64,000 nt of DNA, taken from NCBI RefSeq assembly GCF_009914755.1, contig NC_060927.1, one strand, 5' to 3'. A model generated the notes under the pieces. The model was not told where the DNA came from. It did no database searches and was given only the letters and a program-made list of their open reading frames with translations. The position numbers and the translations under genes are program-made. Below, one piece after another: positions 1-13,928 of the stretch. The DNA comes from the human T2T-CHM13v2.0 reference genome, Homo sapiens. The stretch's first letter is position 1. Each line of letters starts with the position of its first letter.

Positions 1-1090
1 CAGGACATAGGCATGGGCAAGGACTTCATGACTAAAACACCAAAAGCAATGGCAACAAAAGCCAAAATTGACAAATGGGATCTAATTAAACTAAAGAGCT
101 TCTGCACAGCAAAAGAAACTACCATCAGAGTGAGCAGGCAACCTACAGAATGGGAGAAAATTTTTGCAATCTACCTATCTGACAAAGGGCTAATATCCAG
201 AATCTACAAAGAACTCAAACAAATTACAGGAAAAAATCAAACAACCCCATCAAAAAGTGGGCAAAGGATATGAACAGACACTTCTCAAAAGAAGACATTT
301 ATGCAGCCAATAGACAAATGAAAAAATGCTCATCATCACTGGCCATCAGAGAAATGCAAATCAAAACCACAGTGAGATACCATCTCACACCAGTTAGAAT
401 GACGATCATTAAAAAGTCAGGAAACAACAGCTGCTGGAGAGGATGTGGAGAAATAGGAACACTTTTACACTGTTGGTGGGACTGTAAACTAGTTCAGCCA
501 TTGTGGAAGACAGTGTGGCGATTCCTCAAGGATCTAGAACTAGAAATACCATTTGACCCAGCAATCCCATTACTGGGTATATACCCAAAGGATTATAAAT
601 CATGCTGCTATAAAGACACATGCACACATATGTTTATTGTGGCACTATTCACAATAGCAAAGACTTGGAACCAACCCGAATGTCCATCAATGATAGACGG
701 GATTAAGAAAATGTGGCACATATATACCATGGAATACTATGCAGCCATAAAAAAGGATGAGTTCATGTCCTTTGTAGGGACATGGATGAAGCTGGAAACC
801 ATCATTCTAAGCAAACTGTCACAAGGACAGAGAACCAAACACCACATGTTCTCACTCATAGGTGGGAATTGAACAATGAGAACACTTGGACACAGGGCAG
901 GGAACATCACACACCAGGACCTGTCATGGGGTTGGGGGAGTCAGGAGGGATAGCATTAGGAGGAATACCTAATGTAAATGACAAGTTAATGGGTGCAGCA
1001 CACCACCATGACACATGTATACATATGTAACAAACCTGCATGTTGTGCACATGTACCTTAGAACTTAAAGTATAATAATAATAAAAAAAA
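1..1090 (+). mobile_element. LINE-1 (L1PA, primate) 3' part: ORF2 C-terminus with frameshift, 3'UTR and A-tail; continues beyond window start
   Basis: ORFs 13..273 and 270..872 translate to L1 ORF2p C-terminus ([34 protein letters not shown]; [26 protein letters not shown]; ...MFSLIGGN*). Frameshift near 225-235, G-rich 3'UTR, AATAAA 1080-1085 then A-tail. Confidence 0.97.
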
Positions 1091-2162
1091 GTGTAGAAGA
1101 ATTTGGTTACTATTAAACTTTTTAGCTGAACCTATATATATAGTTAATGGTATTAACTATTATGCACATTTTGAAAATGCAGGCCAACAAAAACTTACAG
1201 TAAACATCACACTTCCCAGTGAGATATCTGAAACAGCGCTCTTTAAATTCAGGCAGCAGGCAAAGGTCTCCCTATTACCACTACTATTCGGTATTCTGAA
1301 GTTCTATCTAATAAAAGAAAATCTAAAAAATAAAATAAGATTAAAACAAAAAAGGAGAAAACAAAACTGGCAAGAGCATCTATGGTGTAAATGATAAATT
1401 ATTAGGGCTAAAGCACATTTTTAAAAGTTGCAGAGTATAAGATAAATAGCAATTAAACCATAGAAATTAAGGGTACTTATAAATAAATCTAACACAAGGG
1501 AATAAGTTTTTTTCCTAGGAATTTTATAAAAACTCTTGAAGGAAGTAAACATTGAGAGATACAATCTTTTATAGGTAAAAGGACTCAATATTGTAAAGAT
1601 ATGGTCTTCCCCAAATTAATATTGTTTCAGGCAAAACACAGTGTTCTCTCCTTTTAGGGGGTAGAGGTGGGGAGTAAAACATGGCAAGCTTATCCTATGA
1701 TTAATTTGGAAAAGCTATTGGGTCAAAAATCGCCAAGATAATTTTTAAGAACAAAATGTAGGGTCACTTATCCTACCAAGTATATATTGCTTTATACAGC
1801 AGTAATAATTAGTGGGAATCAGTACAAGGAGAGACAAATGGGACAGAAGAATAGGGTAGCATGGAAACTGACCTATATAGTAATGGAATTTGGAAGATAA
1901 CAGCATTCCAATGGAGCTATGATGAACTGTTAAATAAATGGTGTTGAGACAATTGACCCATTCCATGGAAAAAGATAGTTAGAATCCTACTTTACTCCAA
2001 ACACAAAAATAAGTTCCAGATGGATTAATAACAAGCTAAATGTGAAAAGCAAACTTTACAACTTAGAAGAAAATATAGGAATCTACCCTGATGATACTGC
2101 AGTAGGATGGATTTCTTCAAACAGAAAAAGCACAAATGAATAAGAAAAAGGTGAAAGGCAAA

Positions 2163-2679
2163 TGTATTAGTGTCCTATTGCTGATGTAACAAATTACTGT
2201 AAACTTAGTAGCTTAAGATGACAGATATTTACAGTCTTGCAGTTCCACAAGTCAGAAGTCTGAAATTGGTCTTACTGTGGTAAAATTAAGGTGTTGGCAG
2301 TCATTTCATCTGGGAAGCTCTAGGGGAGAACCCATTTCCTTACCTTTTCTAGCTTCTAGAGGCCACCAGCATTCCTTAACTCATGACCTTCTTTCATCTT
2401 CAAAGTGCATCACTCTAGTCTCTGCTCTTTATCTGCTGTCTCTTAACCCTCCTACCTTCCTCTTACAGGGACCCTGGTGGCCACTTTGGGCTTACCTGAG
2501 TAATCTAGATGATTGTGCCTATCTCAAGGTCCTTAATTACTAATATCTGTAAAGTACCTCTTGACCATGTTAGGTAACATATTCAACATATTCACCATAT
2601 TCACAGGTTCTAAGAATTAGGATGTGAACATTTGTGGGGTAGGGAGAGGAGGCAGGCATTAATTATTCAGACTGCCACA
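2163..2679 (-). mobile_element. MaLR solo LTR (MLT1 family)
   Basis: Begins tgtattagtgtcctattgctgatgtaacaaattac and ends ...attcagactgccaca, typical of reverse MLT1. Approximate 5-bp TSD GCAAA/GCAAG. Confidence 0.8.
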
Positions 2680-2752
2680 GCAAGCCACAGAATATATTTG
2701 CAGTCCATATAACCTACAAAGGTTTAGTGTACCGAATATAAGAAGAGCTCTT

Positions 2753-2884
2753 AGCTGGGTGTGGTGGCTCACATCTGTAATTCCAGTGCTTTGGGAGGCT
2801 GACCTGGGAGGACTGCTTGAGTTCAGAAGAGCCTGGACATGGCTGGTCCCTGTCTCTACAAATAAATAAATAAATAAAATAATT
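2753..2884 (+). mobile_element. Alu monomer (FLAM-like)
   Basis: gctgggtgtggtggctcacatctgtaattccagtgctttgggaggctga...ctctaca plus (AAAT)n tail; 12-bp TSD AGAAGAGCTCTT at 2741-2752 and 2885-2896. Confidence 0.9.
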
Positions 2885-3798
2885 AGAAGAGCTCTTTCAA
2901 ACCAATTCAGAAAAATCCACTTCAAAAACCAACAGAGGATATAAATAGGCAGTTTATAGAAGAGGGAAAAATGGCTCAGGACATCCAAAGGATGTTAACC
3001 CTCACTACTGATCAAGGAAATACAAATTAAAACAATTATAAATAACATTAGCTTACTCTAGCTACAGGCATTTTAAAATCTGAAAATACTAAGGTTTGGC
3101 TTAGTTGCAGGGAAGTAAGATTATTCATATATAGCTAGTGGAAGAAGTGTTAATTACAATGGTGGGGGGAATAAGAATGTCTGTTGCAGCTATGATGGAT
3201 GAAACAAATAACCACACATTCCTATAAGGGAATGAAATATAGTAGTTACAATGAATTGGACAGCTACACGTATGAAGAGTCAAATTTCAAACACAGTAGG
3301 CAAGGAAAGCAGGCTACTAAAGATGTTACAATAGAATACATTTTCTGTAAATTTTAAAAACAAAAGATGCATAACCATTAATAGAAACAGAAAAACATGA
3401 GCTGAAAAGATTTACAACTTGAGCATAGTGGTCACCTCTGGGGGTGGTGGGAGTTTAAATTCATCTGTATTTGCTATGTTTTATTTATTTTAAAATGTGA
3501 TACAAATATAGTAAAATTAAAATGTAATACTTCTGGGTTTTAGGTACATGGTCATCTATGTTATTCTTTTTAAAATGTATCATAATTTTTTTTTAAATAA
3601 GGAGAAAACAAAGATCAGTAAGAAAGGTAAATCCATGTTGAAACTGACTTTCTAAACCAAATGAGAGAGGCTCTATGAGAAGGATTATAGTTTACTGGTG
3701 AAGAGTTTGGTTTGAATGTCTTAGAGACCTTCTTGGTTCAAGTCCTGACTCTACCATTAATAACTGTTAGCTGAGTGACCCTGGGCGTGTTTCTGACC

Positions 3799-6325
3799 AC
3801 TCATTCTATGAGGCCAGCATCATTCTAATACCAAAACCTGACAGAAACACATGGAGAAACAAAACTTCAGGCCCATATGCCTGATGAACAAAGATGCAAA
3901 AATCCTCAACAAAGTACTGGCAAACTGAATCCAGCAGGACATCAAAAAGTTAATCCACCACAATCAAGTAGGCTTTATTCCTGGGATGTAAAGTTGGTTC
4001 AATATATACAAATCAATAAATGTGATTTATTACATAAACAGAACTAAAAACAGAATCCTCATAATTATCTCAATAGATGCAGAAAAGGCTTTCAATAAAA
4101 TTCAGTATCCCTTAATGATAAAAACCCTTAACAAACTAGGCATTGAAGGAACATATCACAAAATAATAAAGAGACTTATATGACAAGCCCATTGCCAGCA
4201 TCATACTGAATGAGTAAAAGCTGGAAGCATTCCCTTGAAAACTGGAACAGGAGAAGGATGCCCACTCTTACCTCTGCTGTTCAGTATAGCACTGGAAGAC
4301 CTAGCCAGAACAAGCCCACAAGAGAAAGAAGTAAAAGGCATCCAAATAGAAAAAAAGGGAGTCAAGCTATCTCTCTTTACAAATGATATGATTCTATACT
4401 TAGAGAACCCCATAGTCTCTGCCCAGAGGGTCCTAGATTTGATAATTAACTTCAGTAATATTTCAGGATACAAAATCAGTGTAGAAAAATCAGTAGCATT
4501 TCTATACACCGGTAACGTCCAAGCTGAGAGCCAAATCAAGAATGCAATTCCATTCACAATAGACACAAAGAATAAAATATCTAGATATACAGCTCACCAG
4601 GGAGGTGAAAGATCTCTACAATGAAAATTACAGAACACTGCTGAAAGAACTCAGAGACAACACAAACAAAGGGAAACACTCCATGCTCATGGATAGGAAA
4701 AATCAATGTCATTAAAATGGCCATACTGCCCGAAGCTATTTACAGATTCAATACTGTTCCTACCGAAGTACCAACATTTTTTCACAGAATTAGAAAAAAG
4801 CTATTCTAAAATTCACATGGGAACCAAAAAAGAGCCCAAATAGCCAAGGCAATCCTAAGCAAAAAGAACAAAGCTGGAGGCATCATGCCACCCGATTTCA
4901 AACTATATTACAAGGCTACAGTAACCAAAACAGCATGATACTGGTACAAAAAACAGACACAGAGGCCAATGGAAAAGGTTAGAGAACTCAGAAATAAAGC
5001 CTCACACCTACAAAAATTTGATCTTTGACAAAGTTGACAAGAATAAACAGTAGGGAAAGGACTCCCTATTCAGTAAATGGTGCTGGAATAATTGGCTAGC
5101 CATATGCATAATATTGAAACTGAACCCCTTGCTTTCACCATTTGCAAAAAATAACTCAAGATGGATTAAAGACTAAAATATAAAACCTAAAACTGTAAAA
5201 AACCCTAGAAGAAAATCTAGGAAATACCATTCTGGACGTGGGCCCTGGCAAAGATTTTATGAGGAAGCCCCCAAAAGGAATTACAACAAAAACAAAAATT
5301 GACAAATGGGACCTAACCTAAAGTGCTTCTGCACAGCAAAAGAAACTATCAACAGAGTAAACAGTCAGCAGAATGGGAGAAGATATTCACAAACTATGCA
5401 TTCAACAAAGGTCTAATATCCAGAATCTAAAAGGAACAAATCAACAAGCAAAAAACAAACAACCCCATTAAAAAGGGAGCAAAGGACATGAACAGACACT
5501 TCTCAAAAGAAGATATGCATATGGCCAACAAGCATATGAAAAAATGCTCAACATCCCTAATCAGTAGAGAGATGCAAATCAAATACACAGTGAGATACCA
5601 TCTCATACAAGTCCAAATGGCTGTTATTAAAAAGTCAACAAATAACAGATGCTAGTGAGATTGTGGAGAAAAGGGAATGTTTACACTGGTTGTAGGAATG
5701 TGCATTAGTTCATCCACTGTGGCAAGCAGTTTGGAGATTTCTCAAAGAATGTAGAACTACCATTTGACCTAGCAATTCCATTACTGGGTATATACTCAAA
5801 GGAATATAAATCATTCTATCATAAAGACACATGCACATGTATATTCAGGGCAGCACTATTCACAATAGCAAAGACATGGAATCAACCTAGGTACCCATCA
5901 ACGTTGGACTGGATAAAGAAAATGTGGTACATAGCCACCATGGAATACTGTGCAGCCATAAAAAAAAGCAGAATATCGAATATGTTCTTTGCAGCAACAT
6001 GGATGCAGCTGGAGGCCATTATCTGAAGCTTATTAACACAAGAACAGAAAACCAAATATGTAATGTTTTCAATTATAAGTAGAAGATAAACATTAAATAC
6101 ACATGGGCACTATGAAGGGAACAATAAACACCAGGGCCTGCTTGAGCAGAGAGGGTGGGAGGAGAGTGAGGATTGAAATACCACCTATTGGGTACTATGC
6201 TTATTACCTGGCGATGAAATAATCTGTGCATGAAACCCCTGTGACATGCAATTTATCCATGTAACAACCCTGCATATATACCCCAGAACAGAAAATAAAA
6301 GTTGATAGGAAAAAAAATGAAAAAA
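3799..6325 (+). mobile_element. 5'-truncated LINE-1 (older L1PA, ~L1PA15/16-like), disrupted ORF2 RT to 3'UTR
   Basis: ORF 4235..4624 contains degenerate RT motifs (GCPLLPLLF..., [15 protein letters not shown], cf. FADD), with many stops and frameshifts. 3'UTR cctattgggtactatgcttattacctgg...aataaaagttg then A-rich tail. Confidence 0.95.
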
Positions 6326-6326
6326 T

Positions 6327-6620
6327 ACAGTTCTGCAATCCCTAAACTGAATGTATTTTGGGATTTAAAGTTTTTCAAATTTTAAACAGTAATATGATTC
6401 ATGTATGGCCTAAAAGGAAACACACCCAGCAGGGTTCTGGACTGTACCCCTAATTAAACATATTTCTGTTCCTATAGTGAAATTTATGCACAGCTACACA
6501 AATTGGGTAGTATTATAAATAGACTTCAATTTATTCAGGTAGAGTTATGTTGACTAGGAAAAAAATTTTTTATTTTAAAGCTTTTTGGATTTCAGAACAA
6601 TGAATAAGGTATTGCGCATA
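6327..6620. mobile_element. Probable Tigger-family MITE (MER46-like)
   Basis: Termini resemble Tigger4/MER46 TIRs (tacagttctgcaatccc... and ...tttttggatttcagaac...ataaggtattgcgca). Recognised by eye only. Confidence 0.4.
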
Positions 6621-8384
6621 TATATCTATGGATGGATACAGATATAGGTATATAACTTAGAACAATAATTCCCAGCACATATTAAGTGCTATATATGTTA
6701 GTTTCTACTGTTATTATCACTTAAATTATTTAAATTATTATTTTAGTTGATGGGATGAGGAGGAACAATGAGTTTTCTTCTTTTGTATTGAAATTTTCAT
6801 TTATACAATTTGGTCGAGTATTCTTTTTCTTTGACAACTACATCTTCCTTTTAGAAACTGTATCCTCTTTGCATGATTTAGACTTAATCCGGCAGGAATG
6901 TCCTGTTAACTGCTGACATCTAAGAAGAGCCTTTAGCCACAAATGGTTGGCCAGCTTCAAAGTTAACATGGACTAAGGCGAAGACATTTGTGGAGCTCAA
7001 ACTGTAATCAAATATTTTTTTTTTTATGCTTGGAAAGTTCGGATTACTGTGTCATCTTCAGTTTTAAAGATTATTAATAGTTGATCTCTCTTCCTATTTT
7101 CATGTTAGGGAAATGTATCAGAAAAATATGATTTTAAAATATTAATAGTTCTTCAGTACCCTTTATTTCCAAAAGATTATTAACCACCCCCCATCATCCT
7201 GCCCAGGTTAGCACTGTGTTGACTTTCCTAATCTTCCTAACCTTTAAATACATTTATAATTCAAGTATACTTATAAATTAAATATTTAAATTAAAATAAA
7301 GTAGAAAAAAATCAAAGCTTCAAAAACAGTAGATGTTCTCAAATGTAAAATTTGATAGTTGGACCACATAATGATATCCTTTTGTTGTTTATGAGAGGTG
7401 GGATATTTTTCCACGCTGGTTTATTAGCTATGTCTCTTCTTTGGTTAATGCTATTGGCTTACCTTCTTTGCCCATTTGTCCAATAGGTTTCTTAGAGTAC
7501 CCTTACTAATTTATATAAGCTGTTAAAATGTTTCAAATATTTTCTGTCATCTTGTACAATTTTTTTCTCAATATCCCTGCATCATTATTTTTAAAAACAT
7601 AGATGTTTACACATTTTTTGTTCCCTCCATCAAGCTTTTTATCTTTTCTTGAGATACATTTCTAGAGGTAGAATTGCTAGAATGATGGGATTGAATTTAA
7701 TGGCGTTTCAGTGACAATACCAGCGTTTTGAAAAATATCTTTGTAGGCATTCTGCAAAAGGAAGAGGAAAAATGTACACAGGTCAATTTTTCTTAGAATA
7801 ATGCTTAGCATTTAAATTACTTTCTCATAATAGGCTTCTAGATTTTTTCCCCCTCTGGGATATAAAACAGTTAACATCATGTAACCAGTAAATGCCTTTG
7901 ATGTAGATGTCTGTTGCTCTTACCCCAGCCAGCTCTTCTCTGGGGAGAGTGCTGCTGATTGTTGACTTGGAGCACTGGCCAGGCTCCTTGCCATCTGTTC
8001 TTCCTCACTAATCAGTAACTCAACAAGTAGATGTGTGTAAAAAGGTAAAGTGGAATACTTTCTAAAAATCTTGAGAGTGAAGATGTTGAAAAAAATCCAC
8101 CAATATAGTCAGGGCTGTGGATTTTTATTGTCTGCTTACTTTCAGTTTATTTTATAAACTGTTGGGATGCTTCCAATTTATTTTGCAGATAGCAGAAGAG
8201 GTGCCTAACCTTGCCTGTGGCCACTCAATAACTCAGTGATTAGAGATGAGTTTTTATTCCTGGTGCAGTCAGTGGTGTCTACTGAGGGAAAATCAATGCT
8301 CCTAGGTAGCCTGTCCATCTTAGCTTATGGTCTCACTGCACACAGCAATTGTTACATTCTTTGCCAGTATCCTCTAACTCCTAA

Positions 8385-8535
8385 ATCTGTACTGTCCAAC
8401 ACCATAGCACTAGCCACCTGTGGTTATTTAAATTAATTCCATCCCTTGATCACACAAGCCACATGTGGCTAGTGGCTGCCATATTGGAGAGTCCAGATAC
8501 ATAACATTTCTATCACTTCAGGAACTTCTGGAAGA
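8385..8535. mobile_element. hAT-Charlie MITE (MER3/MER33-like)
   Basis: ctgtccaac...ctagccacctgtgg...agccacatgtggctagtggctgccatattgga...aacatttctatcac, the characteristic MER3 palindromic core. Confidence 0.75.
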
Positions 8536-8779
8536 TGCTTTAAACTTTCCTTGATCAGCAGACAGTGTTGGCCACATAACGTAAAGAGAAATTTATTCAC
8601 ACATTTCCTGATTTTAAATGGACATTTCTGGGCATCCTTTTTATCTTTCCTTTTATTTCAGAGGTGGAGTTCATCCTTTCCAAAGTGATCTTTTTCCTCA
8701 TGAACTGATGGGAAGCAATGGATTGTACCTCTCCCTCCTTCCCTGGAACATCCTTTTTGCCTTGCAGTATTCAGCTTCT

Positions 8780-9690
8780 CTCTATTCCACTAACGCCTTC
8801 CACAAAGCATGCTCATAGGCCACTACCCCGTTTCCCTCCTGCTCTTCACCAAATTTTTCTAATAGTCTGTATACCTTTATAGCCTGTACAGTTTCTCACC
8901 ACTTACTCTTCAGCCCTTACAACCTAGATTTTAACTTCATTTCTGACATGGTGCTGAAACAGCATTCATAGGGTTACTAGCTGCCTTCTGATTATCAAAC
9001 CCAAACAGCCATATCTCAGTCACCCTCTCCCTCAACATGGAAAGAATTTGATGCCATGGGGCAAGTCTTCCTTATAATTCTCTTCCTCCTTCACTTCTAC
9101 AGTGTAAATGGGTTCTGTTTTGGCTGTCTTCTCCTGATTCATTTGTTCAGTCACTTCCACCTCCCATGTTTCATCATCGCCCACCTGTGTATGTCAGTGC
9201 AGTTCTAGTTTCCTTGCATTTCCATTTTCTTATCCATGGCTCTAGTTATTACCCAGATTCTGAGAATTCCCAAACCCAACATCTCTAAACCTGGTCTTTT
9301 CCTGGAACTCCAGATCAAAAGGTCCAGTATATGTTGGACATCACTGTTAAGATTATCCTGGCTCTATCTCAACATTAAGATATCTGGGCATGCTTTCCTC
9401 CTGATTTCTTTATATATAACCGATTATACCAGCATGTCCCAAGCCATGACTTTTCACATTTTTCCTCACTTACTGATTCCATTTGTTTGCCTTAACTAGC
9501 ATGTCTGTTTTATCACTGTGATATTAATAGTCTTCCTGGCCATCCTTTACTCCTAACCTTCCCCCTAACCCCTGTTTTAGGTCTGGGTCTATTTTTCTCT
9601 GACCTCATATATTGCACCAGTACTGATGCCGTTACTTCCATTCTCTCTGTTCTTCACTTATACTGTTGTCAGACAGATTGCCTGAAGGCC
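8780..9690 (+). mobile_element. LINE-2 fragment (continues ~10500-10860)
   Basis: L2 ORF2-like ctgaaacagcattcatagggttactag...ctcagtcaccctc and cctggaactccagatc; L2 3' tail ttaatgaatgaa at ~10850. Confidence 0.65.
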
Positions 9691-9699
9691 ATTAAAAAA

Positions 9700-10230
9700 T
9701 ACATATACACAATGCCAACGTGTAATAATTACCAACTTAAAATTAATAATACCAATTTAAAATAAATATTCCCATGGTTCAAAAGTCAAAATATACCAAA
9801 AGGCACTTAGTGAAAAACTTTGCTTCCACTTGTGCACTTGTGCCCTTTATCTTCTCTTACACAGTCTTCCCAACAGGCAGCCATGGTTACCAGTTTTTTT
9901 TATTTTTTAGAAAAATTTTAATGTGTGTACAAGCGCATACATATGTATGTGCACAGAAATTTTCCTTCTCTGCAAATGGTAGTGTATGAAATACGTTTTT
10001 CATACCATCCTTTGTGTTTATTTCTAAACAATATATCTTGGTGATCTTTCATAAAGAGCTCCCCATTCTTTTTTACAGCTGTATATGATTCTTCTGTGTA
10101 TGAACCATAATTTATGTAACCAGTCCTCTCCTGATGGGCGTTTAAATCATTCCACACCCTTCACTGTTCCAAACACTGCTGCAAAGAAAAACTATTTCAT
10201 AATTCATCCTTCTCTTATGCAAGTATAAGC
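9700..10230 (-). mobile_element. Old L1M (L1ME-like) 3' fragment
   Basis: ccataatttatgtaaccagtcctctcctgatgggcgtttaaatcattcc; minus-strand translation gives degenerate ORF2-like INYGSYTEESYTAVKKN. Confidence 0.65.
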
Positions 10231-11433
10231 AGGTCCCTTGTGAGGGTCACTGTGAGAGCTTGTTATTTTCTGCCTGTTCATTTATTGTTCTTTGACCCTC
10301 CACTGCCCCTGCTGCTAGTGCTTTGCTTCTTATCTACCGAGTTGCAGTTGCTTCAGCCCACTCATAGTCCTTAGTTCAGAAGCTTCAAGAACTTTCCACT
10401 GGGAATAGATCTGTCTCTGTCCTGTCAGTGTGGGAGGAGAAGCAAGCAGTGCAATGCACCATAACAAACTGTGGGAGCACTTGCCGCTGTTTCCTGTTGG
10501 GCTGATTTGCCGTTCCCCCAACATGTCCCATGTGTTTCTCTTGTCTTGCTTTGCACAGAATGTTTTCCCTCTGTTCACCATCTTCTTTCCAGATCCACTG
10601 CATCCTTTGAGACTGAGCTCACAAGCCACCACATCCATGAAGCTTGATTCCTGCTCCCTTCTGCTAAAATTAATCTAGCTTTCTACTGAGGACTCTGACA
10701 CAGCATATCTTTTTCTGCACTGGATTACATTACAATATCTGTACAGTTTTAATTTAACTATTTGTTAGTAATTCCCCAGCCACAAGGATAGATGGTGCCT
10801 TGTTTTATCATCCCCCCAAAAGTCTCTTAACATGGTGTCTTGCATACATTAATGAATGAAAAAGCAATACTGAGTCTATTCTTGTCTGACATGATGGGTT
10901 GAAGAAATACTTTTAATGCAGAAATCACCACCATTCTTGTGCATTTCAGCTTTTTTTAAATTAAAAATGCCTTTATTCTTCCTCCTAGGAATATTTTTAA
11001 GAGCTTACCACCACAGAGTCTTACATTCCTAGTGACTGCTCCTGTGACCTCCTAGAAATTAGGGTGCCATTCCATTCCATATTTATTCTGTTGCCAGCTA
11101 AAAGCATTGGCAGGACTAATTATGGTCCATATTACAGTACCACAAGACCTTAATCTGTGATTTGGAATCATGGGTCTCTTTATTATGGCTGTTTTTATTA
11201 TGAGATTGATTGCTTTTCTGATAACTTGAATTTTAGTTTACAAAAAAGTGAACAAAAATTATTAATAAAATCTAATCTTTCCAGTGCAGTTTTGACTATA
11301 GCAACCTTAGAGAGTAAAACAGTAAACTCCATGCATTTAAGAATACAATGGATTCAGGGTACCCTGTGTTCAGACTGGGATGTCACTGAGATATGGCCAC
11401 TCCTATGGTGACGCTTTCTTTTTCTGCTAATAG

Positions 11434-11574
<141 letters not shown>

Positions 11575-11989
11575 TAAGTATGGGAAAAAGGCTTGGTCTG
11601 GTTCAGTTACTGTTTTAAGACAGAGTTGCAGAGTTGCAAACCAAGTCCACTGTGTAGTAGTACGCATTCAAGTGGTCTTGAGGAAGAGCCCTTTGGAAGA
11701 GAAGGGCTACCATATGGTCACAGCATGTGTCATAGAGTAGGTCAATCAAATGACTTTACCCAGTTGAACTTTCTTTTCAGAAGAAATTTCAATATCCCAG
11801 CAACTTTGGTTAAGACAATTTCCTGCTTAAGGCAAGTGACTGCTGGCAAGACCAAGTTCGATGTTGTTTTTTGATTTAATAGCCATGTATTCTAGAGCAG
11901 TTCCTCCAGGGTACTCACTTGCCTGTGGACTACACTGGTTGGCCTAGCCTGCCTACCAGTATTGTTGTTCATTTAGGTTATCAGTCAGT

Positions 11990-12175
11990 CAGGGTAGACC
12001 CAGGGGCCTGTGCTTTTACAAATTAGAAAGCTGCCTTTAAGAAAAAATTTAAAATTATGATAGAAATATTAGATATCAATGTGAATACTTAGGACAGAAA
12101 TGGTGAGAAGCCTGTAAGTGAGGGGCCTTGAAGTTGAAGCTCTGTTTGCTTCCTGGAAAATCTGCCTCTGAATCC
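11990..12175 (-). mobile_element. Probable hAT-Tip100-type DNA transposon fragment
   Basis: gtgaggggccttgaagttgaagctctgtttgcttcctggaaaatctgcctctg resembles a Tip100-family terminus. By eye only. Confidence 0.35.
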
Positions 12176-13771
12176 AGTTCTGAAGAGTCCGGCATATAAA
12201 CCAGCCCCTACTCCTGCACTGTTAGTGTTCTGGTAGCAAAAGTCAACTAAAAAAACACACATAGCTCTTGACGGTTAATAAAAAAATGGCTTTAAAAGTT
12301 TTTCTATGGCTTTGAAATTCCGTGATAATCAACTGTGCTGGTTTAAATATCTGGGGATAAAGAGAAAGCCAATAATATAAGTGGAGGTGAAAATTAAGCA
12401 AACTATTATAATAAATGGCTTTTATATTATACACTTGTATAATAGCTTAAGTTTTCTTCTGCAAAACATTTTAAATGGTTTGATGTTTATTCAGACAAAT
12501 TGATTTATTCTATCTAAGCATAAGATTCCAATATATTATTTACCAATTAACTAAATTTTACATCCCTGTGATATAGGTCTTTCACAACATTTTAATTCAT
12601 TTCTTCCCATTTCTGAGTGAAATTGATACTTGACTCACTTCTGAAAATTTCTCACTTTCTTATTTCATTTTTTTCTGGAACACTGGTGCCATTTTATCTT
12701 GACATTCTTATTTCTTCTCTTTGGCTTATTAGCCACCTACTCTCACTATTCCAAATTCTCTTTAAGAGAATTGGAACATGGAGTAAGGAACAGTGAAGGC
12801 TGCCTAAGGATTTTCCTAGGTTACAGAATACTACTTAATGTACAGCCAGCTTCCCTTAGTTACAAGTTGGGTTTGTTTTAATCCCCATGCTATGCCACAT
12901 CTTTGATCTGTGATGATGACAGCCATGCTTAAATGCACCATCCCACACAGTTTTCCAACTGTGGAATTCATTTAAATCAATATATAATTAGGTACATTTT
13001 CCTAAAATCTTACCTAGATTTTATAACTGAAACTTCCCTGACAGTTTAAAGAATCTGCAGCGGGAGAGGCAGCTAAGCCTGTCCGTGGTCATGCTGACCT
13101 GCCTCTCCACCAGTCTGATTGATTAGATTTGTGTAGGAAGGAGGGGTCAAGAATGGGCCATCCATCTCATTCATCTCTCCATAATTTGGTCAAGTCTGAT
13201 CTTGGTTGTGGGGAGCAAGGAGGACTTTTCTTAGTGGTGGTCAGGTTGAGTCAGTCATCCCTACCCAAGCTTTCATAGCTGTAATACATCAAGCTTTCCT
13301 CAGCTCTCCCCTTCTCCCCACAACTTATGCTCAAGTTGGTATCTTTTCCTGCATTACCTGAAGAACAAGTCCCTAAGGAATATTGCACTTTGTGAATTTT
13401 AGAAGTTTTTAATCTGGAAAATCGAGGGGCTGAAGTTGCTGCCATAGCAGCACAAGCAACCCTCTGTAGCTTGTGTCCTAAGCCCTGGATGACCCTGTTC
13501 CTGAGCTCTGGTCCATCTGATAAGCAGACTACCTTGCCTGCTGCTGGTGCTCTTTGCTTCATCCACAAGGCTTTACCTCCCTTGGTGCAAGCCAGGACAA
13601 CCCCTGCCACAATTCCAGGTGCTTTATCAAAATAAAGCAAGGCAGCCATCTCATCCTGCACACACTTTCTTAAAGCACTGTGTACACTGACCTTGAGTCC
13701 TGCTGAGAATTTCAGGTGCTCTTAGTGACTCCAGCACATTCTCTTTAGTCATCAAGCTTAGTAATCACCTA

Positions 13772-13928
13772 AGGTGGTGCTTGGCAGACTTTTTCTGTAA
13801 AGGGCCAGATAGTCTTTTCAGTTTGTGGGTCATCTGTCTGTGTCATGACTACTGAAGTTGCTATGGTAGTGCAAGAGCAGCCGTAGGCAATCCTTAAAGC
13901 AATGGGCATGACTGTGTTCCATTAAATA
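13772..13928 (+). mobile_element. MER58-like hAT-Charlie MITE
   Basis: ggcagactttttctgtaaagggccagatagt...gcagccgtaggcaat...gggcatgactgtgttcca. Confidence 0.8.

Larger units (their letters stand above)
1230..3600 (+). mobile_element. Old, degraded L1M element interrupted by an MLT1 LTR and an Alu monomer
   Basis: Degenerate ORF2-like stretches (ggactcaatattgtaaagatatgg...cccaaattaat; aaataaatggtgttgagacaattg; ccagatggattaa) and an L1M-like 3' end near 3420-3600. Boundaries approximate. Confidence 0.7.

Noticed and set aside
13-872. L1 ORF2 fragments as functional proteins
   Set aside because: Frameshifted relative to ORF2p and only the C-terminus is in view; an inactive copy.
13251-13661. 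136-aa minus-strand ORF
   Set aside because: Intronic, non-ATG start, no recognisable domain or splice support.
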